In this document: in pieces, positions 10,129 to 19,690 of the stretch
Position numbering within the stretch: position 1 is the stretch's first letter
Layout: each line of letters opens with the position of its first letter
NCBI GenBank assembly: GCA_028280285.1
Contig: JANQMA010000011.1
Span: forward strand, 58,520-122,519
DNA length: 64,000 bases
Direction: 5' to 3'
Source: Candidatus Omnitrophota bacterium
GTDB lineage: Bacteria; Omnitrophota; Gorgyraeia; Zapsychrales; Zapsychraceae
Made by a program: the position numbers and the translations under genes
The notes under the pieces: model-generated
Told to the model about the DNA's origin: nothing
Databases searched by the model: none
The model's input: the letters and a program-made list of their open reading frames with translations, nothing else

Positions 10129-12038
10129 TTCACATGTACTGTATTATATTTCTCAGCATTCTTGAAAAAAGATTCATATTCCTCAGCACCGCCAGAACTA
10201 TATCTTTCCGGTGGTAAAATATAATCACCGGCCGGAGCTCTTAAAAAATTATCAATAATCTCAATCGCTTCATCCGCATTAGTATAACCTTGCAAATTTT
10301 TATCAAATGTTTTTAAAGCATTTGGCCGCACCCTTTGATCACCGATGCGATATAGACCCAATGTCGGGATTTTGGAAAAAATAGATTCAAAGTAAGCCGT
10401 ACTTGCTATATCACATATGACATAATCGGCTTTTACCAACCATTCCTTTAATTTTTTTTCAGAATACAGAATATTTTTTGCTTTAGAATCCTCGATAACT
10501 TGCCCCATATAATCAAATCCTTGCCCCTGATTAATCAATCCCTTCCAAACAAAATCAAACTGTGGATTGTTTTGAAAATACTGAATGAATTTTTTATGAA
10601 GACTTATGTACTCCATAGGAAAAGATTGACATAATTCTACAGGACGGCTTGGCCATAAAGCATCCATAACAGGCACAAATAAAACCATTTTATTTTTATT
10701 AGCTGTTTTTTGTTTACGCTTCTCTATAATTTCACCATAAGATTGTTGAAAGTAAGAATATGAATAAAATTTGGTCGAAACGCCAGGCCATTGCCGGGCC
10801 AAAGTTGTTTCATGTTCAGCCTCTTGATCGGTCATCGTATAATAATAATCAAAAATCTTCTCCAGAAACATAAGCCTCGATGGTGAATCAGACACATCAC
10901 ACCCATGGGAAAGTCCTATCTTTTTACATGTTGTTATCCTCCTCGCCGCATCCAAAGCCCCGAGCGCTTCAGGAGTATACAAAACATGTACAGCAACAGC
11001 ATTTATTTTGAATTGAGTGAGGATCTGCTCAAAAACCTTGGAACTCTTAATTATCTCTGGAACATAAAATAATAAACACTTTTTTAAACGCGACATTATT
11101 AAAGGTGTAACCTGCGCTCCTGCATGATCATCAATCCAATCCAAAATTTTCGCATCAGATAATTTTTGCTCAACAGAGGCCCATTGAGGAAGATTGAGCT
11201 TTTGACCGGCATTTAAAGCGTCAACATTTTCAACAATATCACCGGTTTCCGCGTTAATCATCTTTCGTCTACTCAACCAATACACACTAATATTTTTTTT
11301 AAGAAGGCTGCGCGTCATATCCAAAATATAAGGACTTTGGGTTAAGAATAATACACGCCCATCAAAATCTGAATTTTGTTTAGAAGCCGCATTGGTTTTT
11401 AATTGAAAATTTTGGAAAAACTCTGAAAAAGAAAATTTAAACGGAAGAGGTTTTAAAATTTTGTTAATACTCTCTTTAAATAAAACAAATTTTGATCTGT
11501 AGCCGTGAGCGTTATTTACTATTTTATTTATGACTTGGACTCTTTCAAATTCAATACCCAACTGCTTGGCCACGACGCCACAAACTCTCGAATATGTACT
11601 CTCCGCTCCTCGAAAGGCTAAAAAACAATCAAATTCATCATTTGCATACTTTTGACTACAAAAAATAATACGTGTGGGATTTGCCGTATTACAAAATTTT
11701 TTTAAAATTTTTGTCGTTAAAATAATATTATCAACCAAATATTTAAGATGATGAAAATACAGCGAGGCCACGTTCATTTCCAAACGCTTGGCTTCATCAA
11801 AAATATCTTGCACAACATAATCGAAATCACTTAACCATTTTAACTGTTCAGATAAATACGCCTTTGTGTCACCACGCATTTCTCCTGAAGAGTAGTAATC
11901 TTCTAAAGCCTCAAAATCAATTCCACATTGCTCTAAACAATAGTAAACCTGCTGATTTAGAGCGACAACCTTAAAAGAGCTCTTATCTTCCGGAAAAACA
12001 ATGTCTTTTGAAAAATCTTCTATTAAATAATAAATCAT
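10119..12038 (-). CDS. Hypothetical protein, probable GT-B-fold glycan transferase
   Basis: 639-aa ORF inside the operon; LSHG and C-terminal ADYVICDIASTAYFES resemble GT-B/sialyltransferase-like ends. Confidence 0.55.
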   Translation of the reverse strand: MIYYLIEDFSKDIVFPEDKSSFKVVALNQQVYYCLEQCGIDFEALEDYYSSGEMRGDTKAYLSEQLKWLSDFDYVVQDIFDEAKRLEMNVASLYFHHLKYLVDNIILTTKILKKFCNTANPTRIIFCSQKYANDEFDCFLAFRGAESTYSRVCGVVAKQLGIEFERVQVINKIVNNAHGYRSKFVLFKESINKILKPLPFKFSFSEFFQNFQLKTNAASKQNSDFDGRVLFLTQSPYILDMTRSLLKKNISVYWLSRRKMINAETGDIVENVDALNAGQKLNLPQWASVEQKLSDAKILDWIDDHAGAQVTPLIMSRLKKCLLFYVPEIIKSSKVFEQILTQFKINAVAVHVLYTPEALGALDAARRITTCKKIGLSHGCDVSDSPSRLMFLEKIFDYYYTMTDQEAEHETTLARQWPGVSTKFYSYSYFQQSYGEIIEKRKQKTANKNKMVLFVPVMDALWPSRPVELCQSFPMEYISLHKKFIQYFQNNPQFDFVWKGLINQGQGFDYMGQVIEDSKAKNILYSEKKLKEWLVKADYVICDIASTAYFESIFSKIPTLGLYRIGDQRVRPNALKTFDKNLQGYTNADEAIEIIDNFLRAPAGDYILPPERYSSGGAEEYESFFKNAEKYNTVHVKCE

Positions 12039-12077
12039 TACCGAAACTTATATGATGTGCATCTATTGAATTAATAT

Positions 12078-13067
12078 TTATACTCTAATAAAGCACTCCT
12101 GAGCATTCTGTTCGTATTGATCCACAAGCCGCTTCACAATATTTTTACCTTCCTCAGATGCTAAGCTGCTAATCACATCCCATTTTTTCTTCCTGTCCGC
12201 TTCATCGATGACACGCGGACATTTTTCCCGTTTCATAATACTCAAAGTATCTTTTGAAAATTTTGTGCCAATCACATCGGAGCAATGACCCAAAACCTTC
12301 TCTGTATCTTCAGCTAATTGTTCAAATATGATTGTCGTAATTTGGTTTTTATGACTTTTATCCAACGCATCATACGCTTTGTTATGCTGATCATCGATAT
12401 AATCAATCATAAAGATAATACGATCCATCGGTTCTAAACTCATAAACTTTTCAGCCCATGGAAGCGCATAATAGGGCACTACCCCCCATTCGGTTTGTAT
12501 CGTTGTTGCCCCCATACGAGGGCTTTCATAAACATCCTCTCCATAGTTTTTTGTATGCCAAGAATATATAATGTCAACAGGGTGGCGAATGATATTAAAC
12601 ATTTTTACTTTAGGAAAGGCTTTAAAATACGTTTGATTTTGCCATACGCCATTATGAATCATATAAACATTTATAGGATTAACATTTTTAATCCGTTCAT
12701 ACACCTCCACCCCTTCTTTGGTATATAATCGACGGACATACTCCTGAGGATCTCTATAGCTCCAGGCTCCTGTATAATCTCCGGGACGAAAATTAACATT
12801 GCGCCCTAAAAAACTATCATAAAGCGCTAAATTAACATGATACCGAGCAAGATATGCCGCTGACTCATGATCCATATACCCGATCGTACTCAGTATGGCC
12901 ACCTGCTCTAGAATTGCACTGTGCACAATGTTTTCTGCACGCTCTAAACTACATATTAATGGGCACAGAAGTGTTTTTCCTGATCTAGTAAAGCCGGTGA
13001 CAAAAACTAAATTATCGGAGACAATAGATTTAAATAATTTTTGTGAATTCACATATATTCCTTCCAC
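12078..13067 (-). CDS. Sulfotransferase-fold protein
   Basis: 5'-PSB loop FVTGFTRSGKTLL; 3'-phosphate-binding motif IIRHPVDIIYSW; FEQL. Confidence 0.75.
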   Translation of the reverse strand: MEGIYVNSQKLFKSIVSDNLVFVTGFTRSGKTLLCPLICSLERAENIVHSAILEQVAILSTIGYMDHESAAYLARYHVNLALYDSFLGRNVNFRPGDYTGAWSYRDPQEYVRRLYTKEGVEVYERIKNVNPINVYMIHNGVWQNQTYFKAFPKVKMFNIIRHPVDIIYSWHTKNYGEDVYESPRMGATTIQTEWGVVPYYALPWAEKFMSLEPMDRIIFMIDYIDDQHNKAYDALDKSHKNQITTIIFEQLAEDTEKVLGHCSDVIGTKFSKDTLSIMKREKCPRVIDEADRKKKWDVISSLASEEGKNIVKRLVDQYEQNAQECFIRV

Positions 13068-13076
13068 ATGCCCTCT

Positions 13077-13625
13077 TTATTTCTGTAATACTCCTTTTTG
13101 AGATAAAAATGCTTTAATTTTTTGAAGACTATCTTCAACAGACTCCTTATAAGGATGCACTATAACATCAGGAGTTCTAGGCCTCTCATATGGCAAATCC
13201 ACACCTAATAGTTGTGGGTTATCTTTCGGCATAGTTGTAGCGTAAACTTTTTTAGGATCATTGTTAATGCAATCAGCAATATCCGCATCTAAAAATATTT
13301 GTATATAATTTTCCCATTTCCGTCTTAAAAAATCTCTGACAATATATTGTCCGGCAATATTAGCCACAATGACATCTATTCCGTTTTTTGCAAGCAAGCT
13401 TGCAGCAAATGCAATATTTTTTGTTACGGCGAAACGTTCTTCTAAACCATATCCAAATTTCTGCTCATAAAAATCTCTTACAGTATCTCCATCAATTAAT
13501 TCTACAGGATGGCGGTCGCACTGCTGAAGTTCCTTTTTTAAAGCTAAACCTAATGTGGTCTTACCAGAACCTGATACGCCTGTTAACAAAATAATAAAAC
13601 CAGAACGCTCTTTAACTTTTAACAT
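13077..13625 (-). CDS. APS-kinase-family 3'-kinase (CysC/Cj1415-like; probably CDP-amidate 3'-kinase)
   Basis: TGVSGSGKTT P-loop, IDGDTVR, DPKKVY, GVDLPYERP; lacks the canonical CysC ISPY and FTGI motifs. Confidence 0.8.
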   Translation of the reverse strand: MLKVKERSGFIILLTGVSGSGKTTLGLALKKELQQCDRHPVELIDGDTVRDFYEQKFGYGLEERFAVTKNIAFAASLLAKNGIDVIVANIAGQYIVRDFLRRKWENYIQIFLDADIADCINNDPKKVYATTMPKDNPQLLGVDLPYERPRTPDVIVHPYKESVEDSLQKIKAFLSQKGVLQK

Positions 13626-13631
13626 AATTGT

Positions 13632-14564
13632 TTAATCTTTTTTCTGAGCACACACAATAGCTGTTTTTGCTAAACAGCACAAAAATCCGAGAAAGGATAC
13701 CTTAGTAATTTTGTTAAAAAACCCGTCAACATTGCGGTTCAACGTAAAATTATTTACCTTTTCAGAAATACAATAGTAAGCACCATCGCATGACACCATT
13801 TGAAACAATGCATTTTTTAAAACTTTCCTTAATCTCATATAAGAATAAAGTCTCTTTTTAAGCGTATAAGATTTTTTCGTAATTCCTTTTGTCATAAACG
13901 GCAAGTTAAAAAAAGAAGTATTACGAAAACGTCCGAATATAATGCCCAATCTAGAATCACATAAAATTGATTTAAACGCCGGAAATAGCTCGTTTTCTTC
14001 ATAACAAATAAAATAAACACCCGAACGTATAAACTCTCTAAAAGAATTAAATGCCAGCCCCATCCCGCTACAATTACGCTGGGCTAATAGAATACGGCCT
14101 CCCTTTTTTAAAACACGTCGAGCTTCTGTCAGGCAAAAATTAATATCATAAACATACTGTAAAACACCTACCGCTATGACCACATCAAATGATTCATCTT
14201 CATAAGGCAACCTTTCATCTAAGTTTCCACATCGGAAATCAAATAAATCTTCTGAAACAACATTTTTGCAACGCTGTTTTGCACACACAAGTAACTTTTC
14301 ACTAACATCAAGTCCAGAGACTTTATATCCCAGCTCACATAATTTAGCAGCAGTATGCCCTGCCCCACAGCCGAGTTCAAGTACACGCGAACCTTGAGGA
14401 AGGTTAAACTTTTGTACATGATTAATAACTTTTTGTTGGCGTGAATTAACATAATAAGCAACATGTTGATCGGAAGAATCATAATGCTTATCCCACGCCA
14501 AAATATTTTCGGTATTCCACCACCCTTTCACATTTTCCATTTGAACATCTCGATCAATTGCCAT
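13632..14564 (-). CDS. Class I SAM-dependent methyltransferase
   Basis: VLELGCGAG, GLDVS, LPYEDESFDVV, RVLKKGG. Confidence 0.9.
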   Translation of the reverse strand: MAIDRDVQMENVKGWWNTENILAWDKHYDSSDQHVAYYVNSRQQKVINHVQKFNLPQGSRVLELGCGAGHTAAKLCELGYKVSGLDVSEKLLVCAKQRCKNVVSEDLFDFRCGNLDERLPYEDESFDVVIAVGVLQYVYDINFCLTEARRVLKKGGRILLAQRNCSGMGLAFNSFREFIRSGVYFICYEENELFPAFKSILCDSRLGIIFGRFRNTSFFNLPFMTKGITKKSYTLKKRLYSYMRLRKVLKNALFQMVSCDGAYYCISEKVNNFTLNRNVDGFFNKITKVSFLGFLCCLAKTAIVCAQKKD

Positions 14565-14579
14565 TCTAACCCCTTCATC

Positions 14580-15872
14580 TTAAGTATAATTTTGTTTACC
14601 CTTTCCCGGAAAAATTTTTAATTTTAATAATCTAGGTACATGTAAAATGCGGACAAAAAATGCATAAACATAAGCTGCAATGGCTGTAAAACGTGGAGGA
14701 GCAATCATCGCCCGACGGGTTCCTGTATTCATAAGCGTTAAATAGAGTGTTATTTTCTCAACATCATCAAAATATTTTTTTTGATAATCATAATCAAAAA
14801 AAAATTTTTTATCTAATTGCGTCAAATCCAGCACAACATCCTTTGTAGATTCAATCAATTCAATCAGCGCTTTGGTTTCTTTCTTAATCAAATCAATTTC
14901 ATCATCCCGCAGCCACTTATTATATGATTGAAGGAGTCCTTTATTAACGCCCTGTTGTTTACCAGAATGGGAATTACCATGCCAATCAACGCCGCCTATT
15001 GTCGGATTAATTAAAGTGTCATCATAATCAATACCGACGCATTTAGATAACATCTGCATAGATTCAACAACATTTTTAACCAGGTAGTCATAACTCAAAA
15101 CAATAAACCTTTGATCACACCCGTATTTTTCCTGCAATAATACTAACCGGGTAACCGCCACCTTCCACGCGCGGATTAACGCCTTTAAATCATAATTGTT
15201 AAAACTCTTGATAAAATTATTAGGAAAAGGCGGATAGGAAAACCTCCGTGATCCATAATACCGTTTAACCAGTCGTGATTTTTCAGAAGCAATAAGGCCG
15301 AGTGGATTTCTGAGCGAATGCATAAAAACCGAACCGGAAAATTCTTGAAAAAAATCTTCAATATTGGTCAAATAAAGCCCCGCACTGGCATGCATCACCA
15401 CATACCCGGCCTCTTTACCGTGGGCCCCATTATCCCATGCCTCAAAATAGGCCTTATGCCGCGCGTCATAATACCCGGCGACAGAACCGGCATCTTTGGC
15501 ATAATCAACAACGAGATCTTTAAATTGATCAAAACTAAAATCGGTTTTAACCGCACCGTAATATTGCTTCTCTAAATAATTTTGCCTTACCCCGATTTTA
15601 TCACCCTGTTCTTTACCATATTTTAAAATGACATCCGGTTTTTCTTCAGGGATACCTAATAATGAAAATAACGATTCCTGATTAAAATCATCCCGTTTAG
15701 GAACCGTCATGGGTATTCCCAAATGATTTTCAAAACGCTTATAAAATTTATCAGAAAAAGGAAACCCTACTTCCACAGGATAACTGGCTATTTGTGGATG
15801 CCCATCAAATAAACGTGCTAACAAAGATCCGCCGCTCCTTTGCACACCCCCGATAAAAATGGTCTTATACAT
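14580..15872 (-). CDS. Sulfotransferase-fold protein
   Basis: FIGGVQRSGGSLLARLFDGHPQI, SLRNPLGLIAS, LSYDYLV; start moved to the ATG just after the upstream stop. Confidence 0.8.
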   Translation of the reverse strand: MYKTIFIGGVQRSGGSLLARLFDGHPQIASYPVEVGFPFSDKFYKRFENHLGIPMTVPKRDDFNQESLFSLLGIPEEKPDVILKYGKEQGDKIGVRQNYLEKQYYGAVKTDFSFDQFKDLVVDYAKDAGSVAGYYDARHKAYFEAWDNGAHGKEAGYVVMHASAGLYLTNIEDFFQEFSGSVFMHSLRNPLGLIASEKSRLVKRYYGSRRFSYPPFPNNFIKSFNNYDLKALIRAWKVAVTRLVLLQEKYGCDQRFIVLSYDYLVKNVVESMQMLSKCVGIDYDDTLINPTIGGVDWHGNSHSGKQQGVNKGLLQSYNKWLRDDEIDLIKKETKALIELIESTKDVVLDLTQLDKKFFFDYDYQKKYFDDVEKITLYLTLMNTGTRRAMIAPPRFTAIAAYVYAFFVRILHVPRLLKLKIFPGKGKQNYT

Positions 15873-15874
15873 GA

Positions 15875-16639
15875 TTATTCCCATCTCCAATCATGTATCC
15901 AGGGCGAATCACCAACAGCCACCAACTGTTGTTGATATAACTGCAAATCATTGACATTATCTGCTTCACACCAACGGCCATCAACACCGACCGTCTCAAT
16001 CCTTCCCTGAACCATCAAAACTTTATTTAATAATGCCGTCATATCTAATTTATCTAAATCCTCTGAAGACATTGTTTGAGTTATAGCATCAACACCCGCC
16101 CAACCTGCGGGAGTGAATTTTAGCAGTCCCATGTATTGGCCTTGAATATCGTCAACCGAACGCGGAGTCTGGCCAATTTCCGTCAACAGTCCATCATCAT
16201 CAACCTTGAACGTTTCCGCATCAGACAAAGGATCTTCAAAACGTAAACGCCACAACTTTTCCCATAAGCGGTCGTAGCTAATAACGATATCCCCCTTTGC
16301 CTGTTTAATACTTTCAATAATTTTAGGGTGATAAACTATATCCGCGTAGGAAACAATGCAGTCTTCATTCATTAAATAAGAACCGGCGCAAAACAAAGAT
16401 TGCACCATATTAGTCTGTTCCCATCTTTCGTTAACCAAAACCTCACAACCGCTGTCAACTAACATATCTTTACGGTATCCGCCAACGACAACCACGTCAT
16501 CCAACCCGGCATCCTTTAACGCGCTTATTTGCCAAGACAATAAACTTCGATCAACAAGCTTGGCTAAACACTTGGGCTTGTCTGCTGTTTCATCCCCCAT
16601 CCGGGATCCCCGTCCCGCCGCTAAAATAATGGCCTTCAT
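15875..16639 (-). CDS. Phosphocholine-cytidylyltransferase-family NTP transferase (Cj1416-like)
   Basis: AIILAAGRGSRM, KPKCL, TNMVQSL, VSYADI, RFEDPLSDAETF, GQYMGL, WCEADN. Confidence 0.88.
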   Translation of the reverse strand: MKAIILAAGRGSRMGDETADKPKCLAKLVDRSLLSWQISALKDAGLDDVVVVGGYRKDMLVDSGCEVLVNERWEQTNMVQSLFCAGSYLMNEDCIVSYADIVYHPKIIESIKQAKGDIVISYDRLWEKLWRLRFEDPLSDAETFKVDDDGLLTEIGQTPRSVDDIQGQYMGLLKFTPAGWAGVDAITQTMSSEDLDKLDMTALLNKVLMVQGRIETVGVDGRWCEADNVNDLQLYQQQLVAVGDSPWIHDWRWE

Positions 16640-17292
16640 GAGCAACTCATCTTTTCTTTAAAAATTTTGTGGAATAACCGCTGATCACAGGTTTGAAAAG
16701 GGTTATTGCGTTCCGGATGCCACATCGTCGCAAAGATTGGTAATCCCTTTACACCCATGGCCTCAACAATTTCATCTGAAGTTTGTGCCACAACATCCAA
16801 CTGCTTATCGACATCAGATGCTTTAAAACCAAAATGATGGTAGGAGTTCACCCTTATACTTTCAGATTCAAAACATGATTGAAAAGCACCGGGCGTTATA
16901 TCAACCTCGTGTTCTTTGGCGACATGCACATCCGCGTCACATTGGCTTAACTTTCCGCCAAAATAAACATGTAAGAGCTGCAAACCTCGGCAAATACCAT
17001 ATAAAGGCAACTTATTTTCAATGGCGAACTTCAATAATGTTTTCTCTGTTGCGTCACGTACTGGAGAATCTCCCACGCTATCTCCACCGGTTAAAATGAA
17101 CCCGTTTAACGCGTGTGCATTCACATAATCAAGAACCGGCTCTCCAAGATTAGGAATTAAAACCCACTTTTCCCCCTCTAATAAAAAATCAAGGCACGCG
17201 TACCAATCCCGCGCTAAAGCATCTCTTGGTTCGTTATATCCCTCCGCGTTAGATGTTCTTAGCGTAACGCCTATACGTAATTCTTTATTCAT
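16636..17292 (-). CDS. Type I glutamine amidotransferase / gamma-glutamyl hydrolase (Cj1417-like)
   Basis: LTGG, GICRGLQ (catalytic Cys), VNSYH, MWHPER. Confidence 0.88.
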   Translation of the reverse strand: MNKELRIGVTLRTSNAEGYNEPRDALARDWYACLDFLLEGEKWVLIPNLGEPVLDYVNAHALNGFILTGGDSVGDSPVRDATEKTLLKFAIENKLPLYGICRGLQLLHVYFGGKLSQCDADVHVAKEHEVDITPGAFQSCFESESIRVNSYHHFGFKASDVDKQLDVVAQTSDEIVEAMGVKGLPIFATMWHPERNNPFQTCDQRLFHKIFKEKMSCS

Positions 17293-19684
17293 AAAGCGGA
17301 TTTAATGCCTTTGCCCCACAATTAAGTTCAACGGTTCCTGATTTAACTAATCTCTCAAAGGTGCCTTCTCCGCATCCAATAGCCGCCAATAATCCAAATT
17401 CCGCGCAACGGATTGCCATATGGGAATTAGCCCCGCCATATTTGGTTATTACACCCGCAATATCTTTTGTAAAAATCCAATCAAATCCAGGATCCGCGTT
17501 TTCGATACAAACAATTTTACCCGTCATATCCGCATTGGCTTTGGTCGCTGAATCAACAAAAATAACCGGCGCGACTATTGATAATGTACCGATAAAATTG
17601 GGCGCGCTGCGATGCAGAGGCAAAACATACATATCTTTTATATCGCGCAAAATATAACAAAATTTAATTTCCTTGGATAACTTAAATTTACTCTTTGCCT
17701 GCTTTATTTCCTTTTTAAAATAAGATTTTTGATCCTCATGTTTGATCGATACAGGACTATTTAATATCGATTCAATTGTCAAATGTGAAATATCTTCCCG
17801 TGACAATCCTATTTGGCCTCCCCACACAGCTAAAGACTCAAGAATATCTGAAATATTTTTGGTAAATACAAACTTCCCGTATTCACGCCCCACAATAGAC
17901 AAACGCATATACTCCAATAAATCGTCTACTGAGAAATGACCGAAATCAGATTCTTTGAGTAAATTTTCTATAGATACACGTTCTTGAGATGTCAGCAAAA
18001 ACTCATCTGTTATGACATGCGCGTGCAAACCATTAGAATGATTAAATAATTGATCCCGGTCAGAGTAACATAACGATGTAATATCATATGTTCCGGGCCG
18101 CAAGTGTCCGTAACGCTTCAGAAAGGATTCCTGTGATTTTATCTCTTTACTAACAGCTTCGATGTCCATAGCCATTTCAGAAGCAACCGTTACAATCGAA
18201 CGTTTAAATAATTTCATGCGCTCAGCGGTGATCGCCCCTCTTTTGACCATTGATCTTAGAAGTGACTCGACAATAAAAGCGTGCCTTGCGATGATCGAAA
18301 ATGGGAACGTACCTAACTCTTTGCATTCATCAATCAAATGTTGAATATGTCCCAATGTTTCCCGTTGCACCTCTTTGTTTTGATCACGTCTGTTTTGACG
18401 CTTGGCCAAATCGTCAATAGAAGTCAGCGCCATACGCAAGGAAGAAGTTTCCGCTAAATTCAAACATTGTTTGGTTAACTTGGATAATGCTGTTTTAAAT
18501 TCCTGATATTCCTGTTTTGTAAAAATATCACCGTATCGCTCATGAAAAGTTTCTTCAAATGAAAAATCAACACACGTTTGCATAACATCAAACTCTACTT
18601 TATCGTGCAGCTCGGGATGTTCGCGTAAGCGGTCTAACCACGCATTAACCATTTTTTCCGCCAAGCCACCAGTAAGGCCCTCTGGCAATAATGAATTAAA
18701 ACTATTTCTCACATCGATATAGGGCCGCCCCATTATTCCGGTCATTAACTCTACATCGGGCAGTGTAGAATACTTCATTTCCTGACGGGCTAACCGCCAT
18801 ACTGTCTGGGTAATTAATTTACGGTACAACGAAAAGGCTAACGGTTTAGGGGTGACACCTATCATCTCTGCCGGATTCCAGTCAGACATGGTTGTTAAAA
18901 TACTTTTTTCTCCAAAAATATTGTCACGTCTTTGGACATATGATTCAATTGTCCTGGTAACATCTGGTAAATTTTCCAAAACCCGCTTTTTAATTCCCTT
19001 TTCCCAGGCAGTAGTCAAACAAATCGGCCGTACTTGAAATAAATACGGTATTTCATTATGTGTGAGTCCAAACTCAATATCTAAGGCGGATTGCTCAGAT
19101 AATAATTTAACTTCTTCAACCAAATCCAAAACACTTTTGATTCGTTTAGACTGGATATACTCCTTCTGGTATTGGTGGTTTATTAAAACTGTTTTATGAA
19201 CACCCGTTCCTCCCGTGACAGAATCCGTTCTCCCTGAAAAATCGTCATAATTGATCACATAGTACGGCGCTCCGTCCTCGAGGTTATACGTCATAACAAC
19301 ACCACTGACCGCAACATCACTAATCATCGGCTGCACCAAAACCTGGTCATCCCCGTGTTCCTGATAGGAAGAAATAACCTTATCAATGGCCTTTGTAATG
19401 TCTGTTTTACTTTGCACATCAATATGTAGACAACTATGAAAAGCCCCGGCCATAGACTGCTCATGCGTATCTTCACATTGCGCACTGCTGCGTACAATTA
19501 GCTCTTTAAAGGAAATAAATTCTTTCTGAATTTGATTTAAAACCGCCTCTGATTGCGAACGCCATTGGGCGACAGTAAAATAATATAGCGGCGCAACCTG
19601 TCCTGTCTTAAGTAATGGCGCGATCCGCTCAAGCGTCTCAGCCTTTGTTCCGAATTTAAATTTTGATTTAGTGATTGAGCCCAT
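17285..19684 (-). CDS. PEP-utilizing-enzyme family L-glutamine kinase (Cj1418-like)
   Basis: FGTKAETL, IVRSSA..ED..SMAG, SDWNPAEMIG, YGHLRPGTYDI, ADPGFDWIF, GGANSHMAIRC (phospho-His). Confidence 0.88.
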   Translation of the reverse strand: MGSITKSKFKFGTKAETLERIAPLLKTGQVAPLYYFTVAQWRSQSEAVLNQIQKEFISFKELIVRSSAQCEDTHEQSMAGAFHSCLHIDVQSKTDITKAIDKVISSYQEHGDDQVLVQPMISDVAVSGVVMTYNLEDGAPYYVINYDDFSGRTDSVTGGTGVHKTVLINHQYQKEYIQSKRIKSVLDLVEEVKLLSEQSALDIEFGLTHNEIPYLFQVRPICLTTAWEKGIKKRVLENLPDVTRTIESYVQRRDNIFGEKSILTTMSDWNPAEMIGVTPKPLAFSLYRKLITQTVWRLARQEMKYSTLPDVELMTGIMGRPYIDVRNSFNSLLPEGLTGGLAEKMVNAWLDRLREHPELHDKVEFDVMQTCVDFSFEETFHERYGDIFTKQEYQEFKTALSKLTKQCLNLAETSSLRMALTSIDDLAKRQNRRDQNKEVQRETLGHIQHLIDECKELGTFPFSIIARHAFIVESLLRSMVKRGAITAERMKLFKRSIVTVASEMAMDIEAVSKEIKSQESFLKRYGHLRPGTYDITSLCYSDRDQLFNHSNGLHAHVITDEFLLTSQERVSIENLLKESDFGHFSVDDLLEYMRLSIVGREYGKFVFTKNISDILESLAVWGGQIGLSREDISHLTIESILNSPVSIKHEDQKSYFKKEIKQAKSKFKLSKEIKFCYILRDIKDMYVLPLHRSAPNFIGTLSIVAPVIFVDSATKANADMTGKIVCIENADPGFDWIFTKDIAGVITKYGGANSHMAIRCAEFGLLAAIGCGEGTFERLVKSGTVELNCGAKALNPLYE

Positions 19685-19690
19685 TTTAAA

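Noticed and set aside
14796-14810. A9/T6 homopolymer as a phase-variation tract
   Set aside because: It is in frame (KKFFF) within AT-rich sequence, and no frameshifted gene is seen
17285-19684. PEP synthase or phosphonate pathway
   Set aside because: No pyruvate-binding domain and no PEP mutase; motifs and neighbours fit a Cj1418-type glutamine kinase
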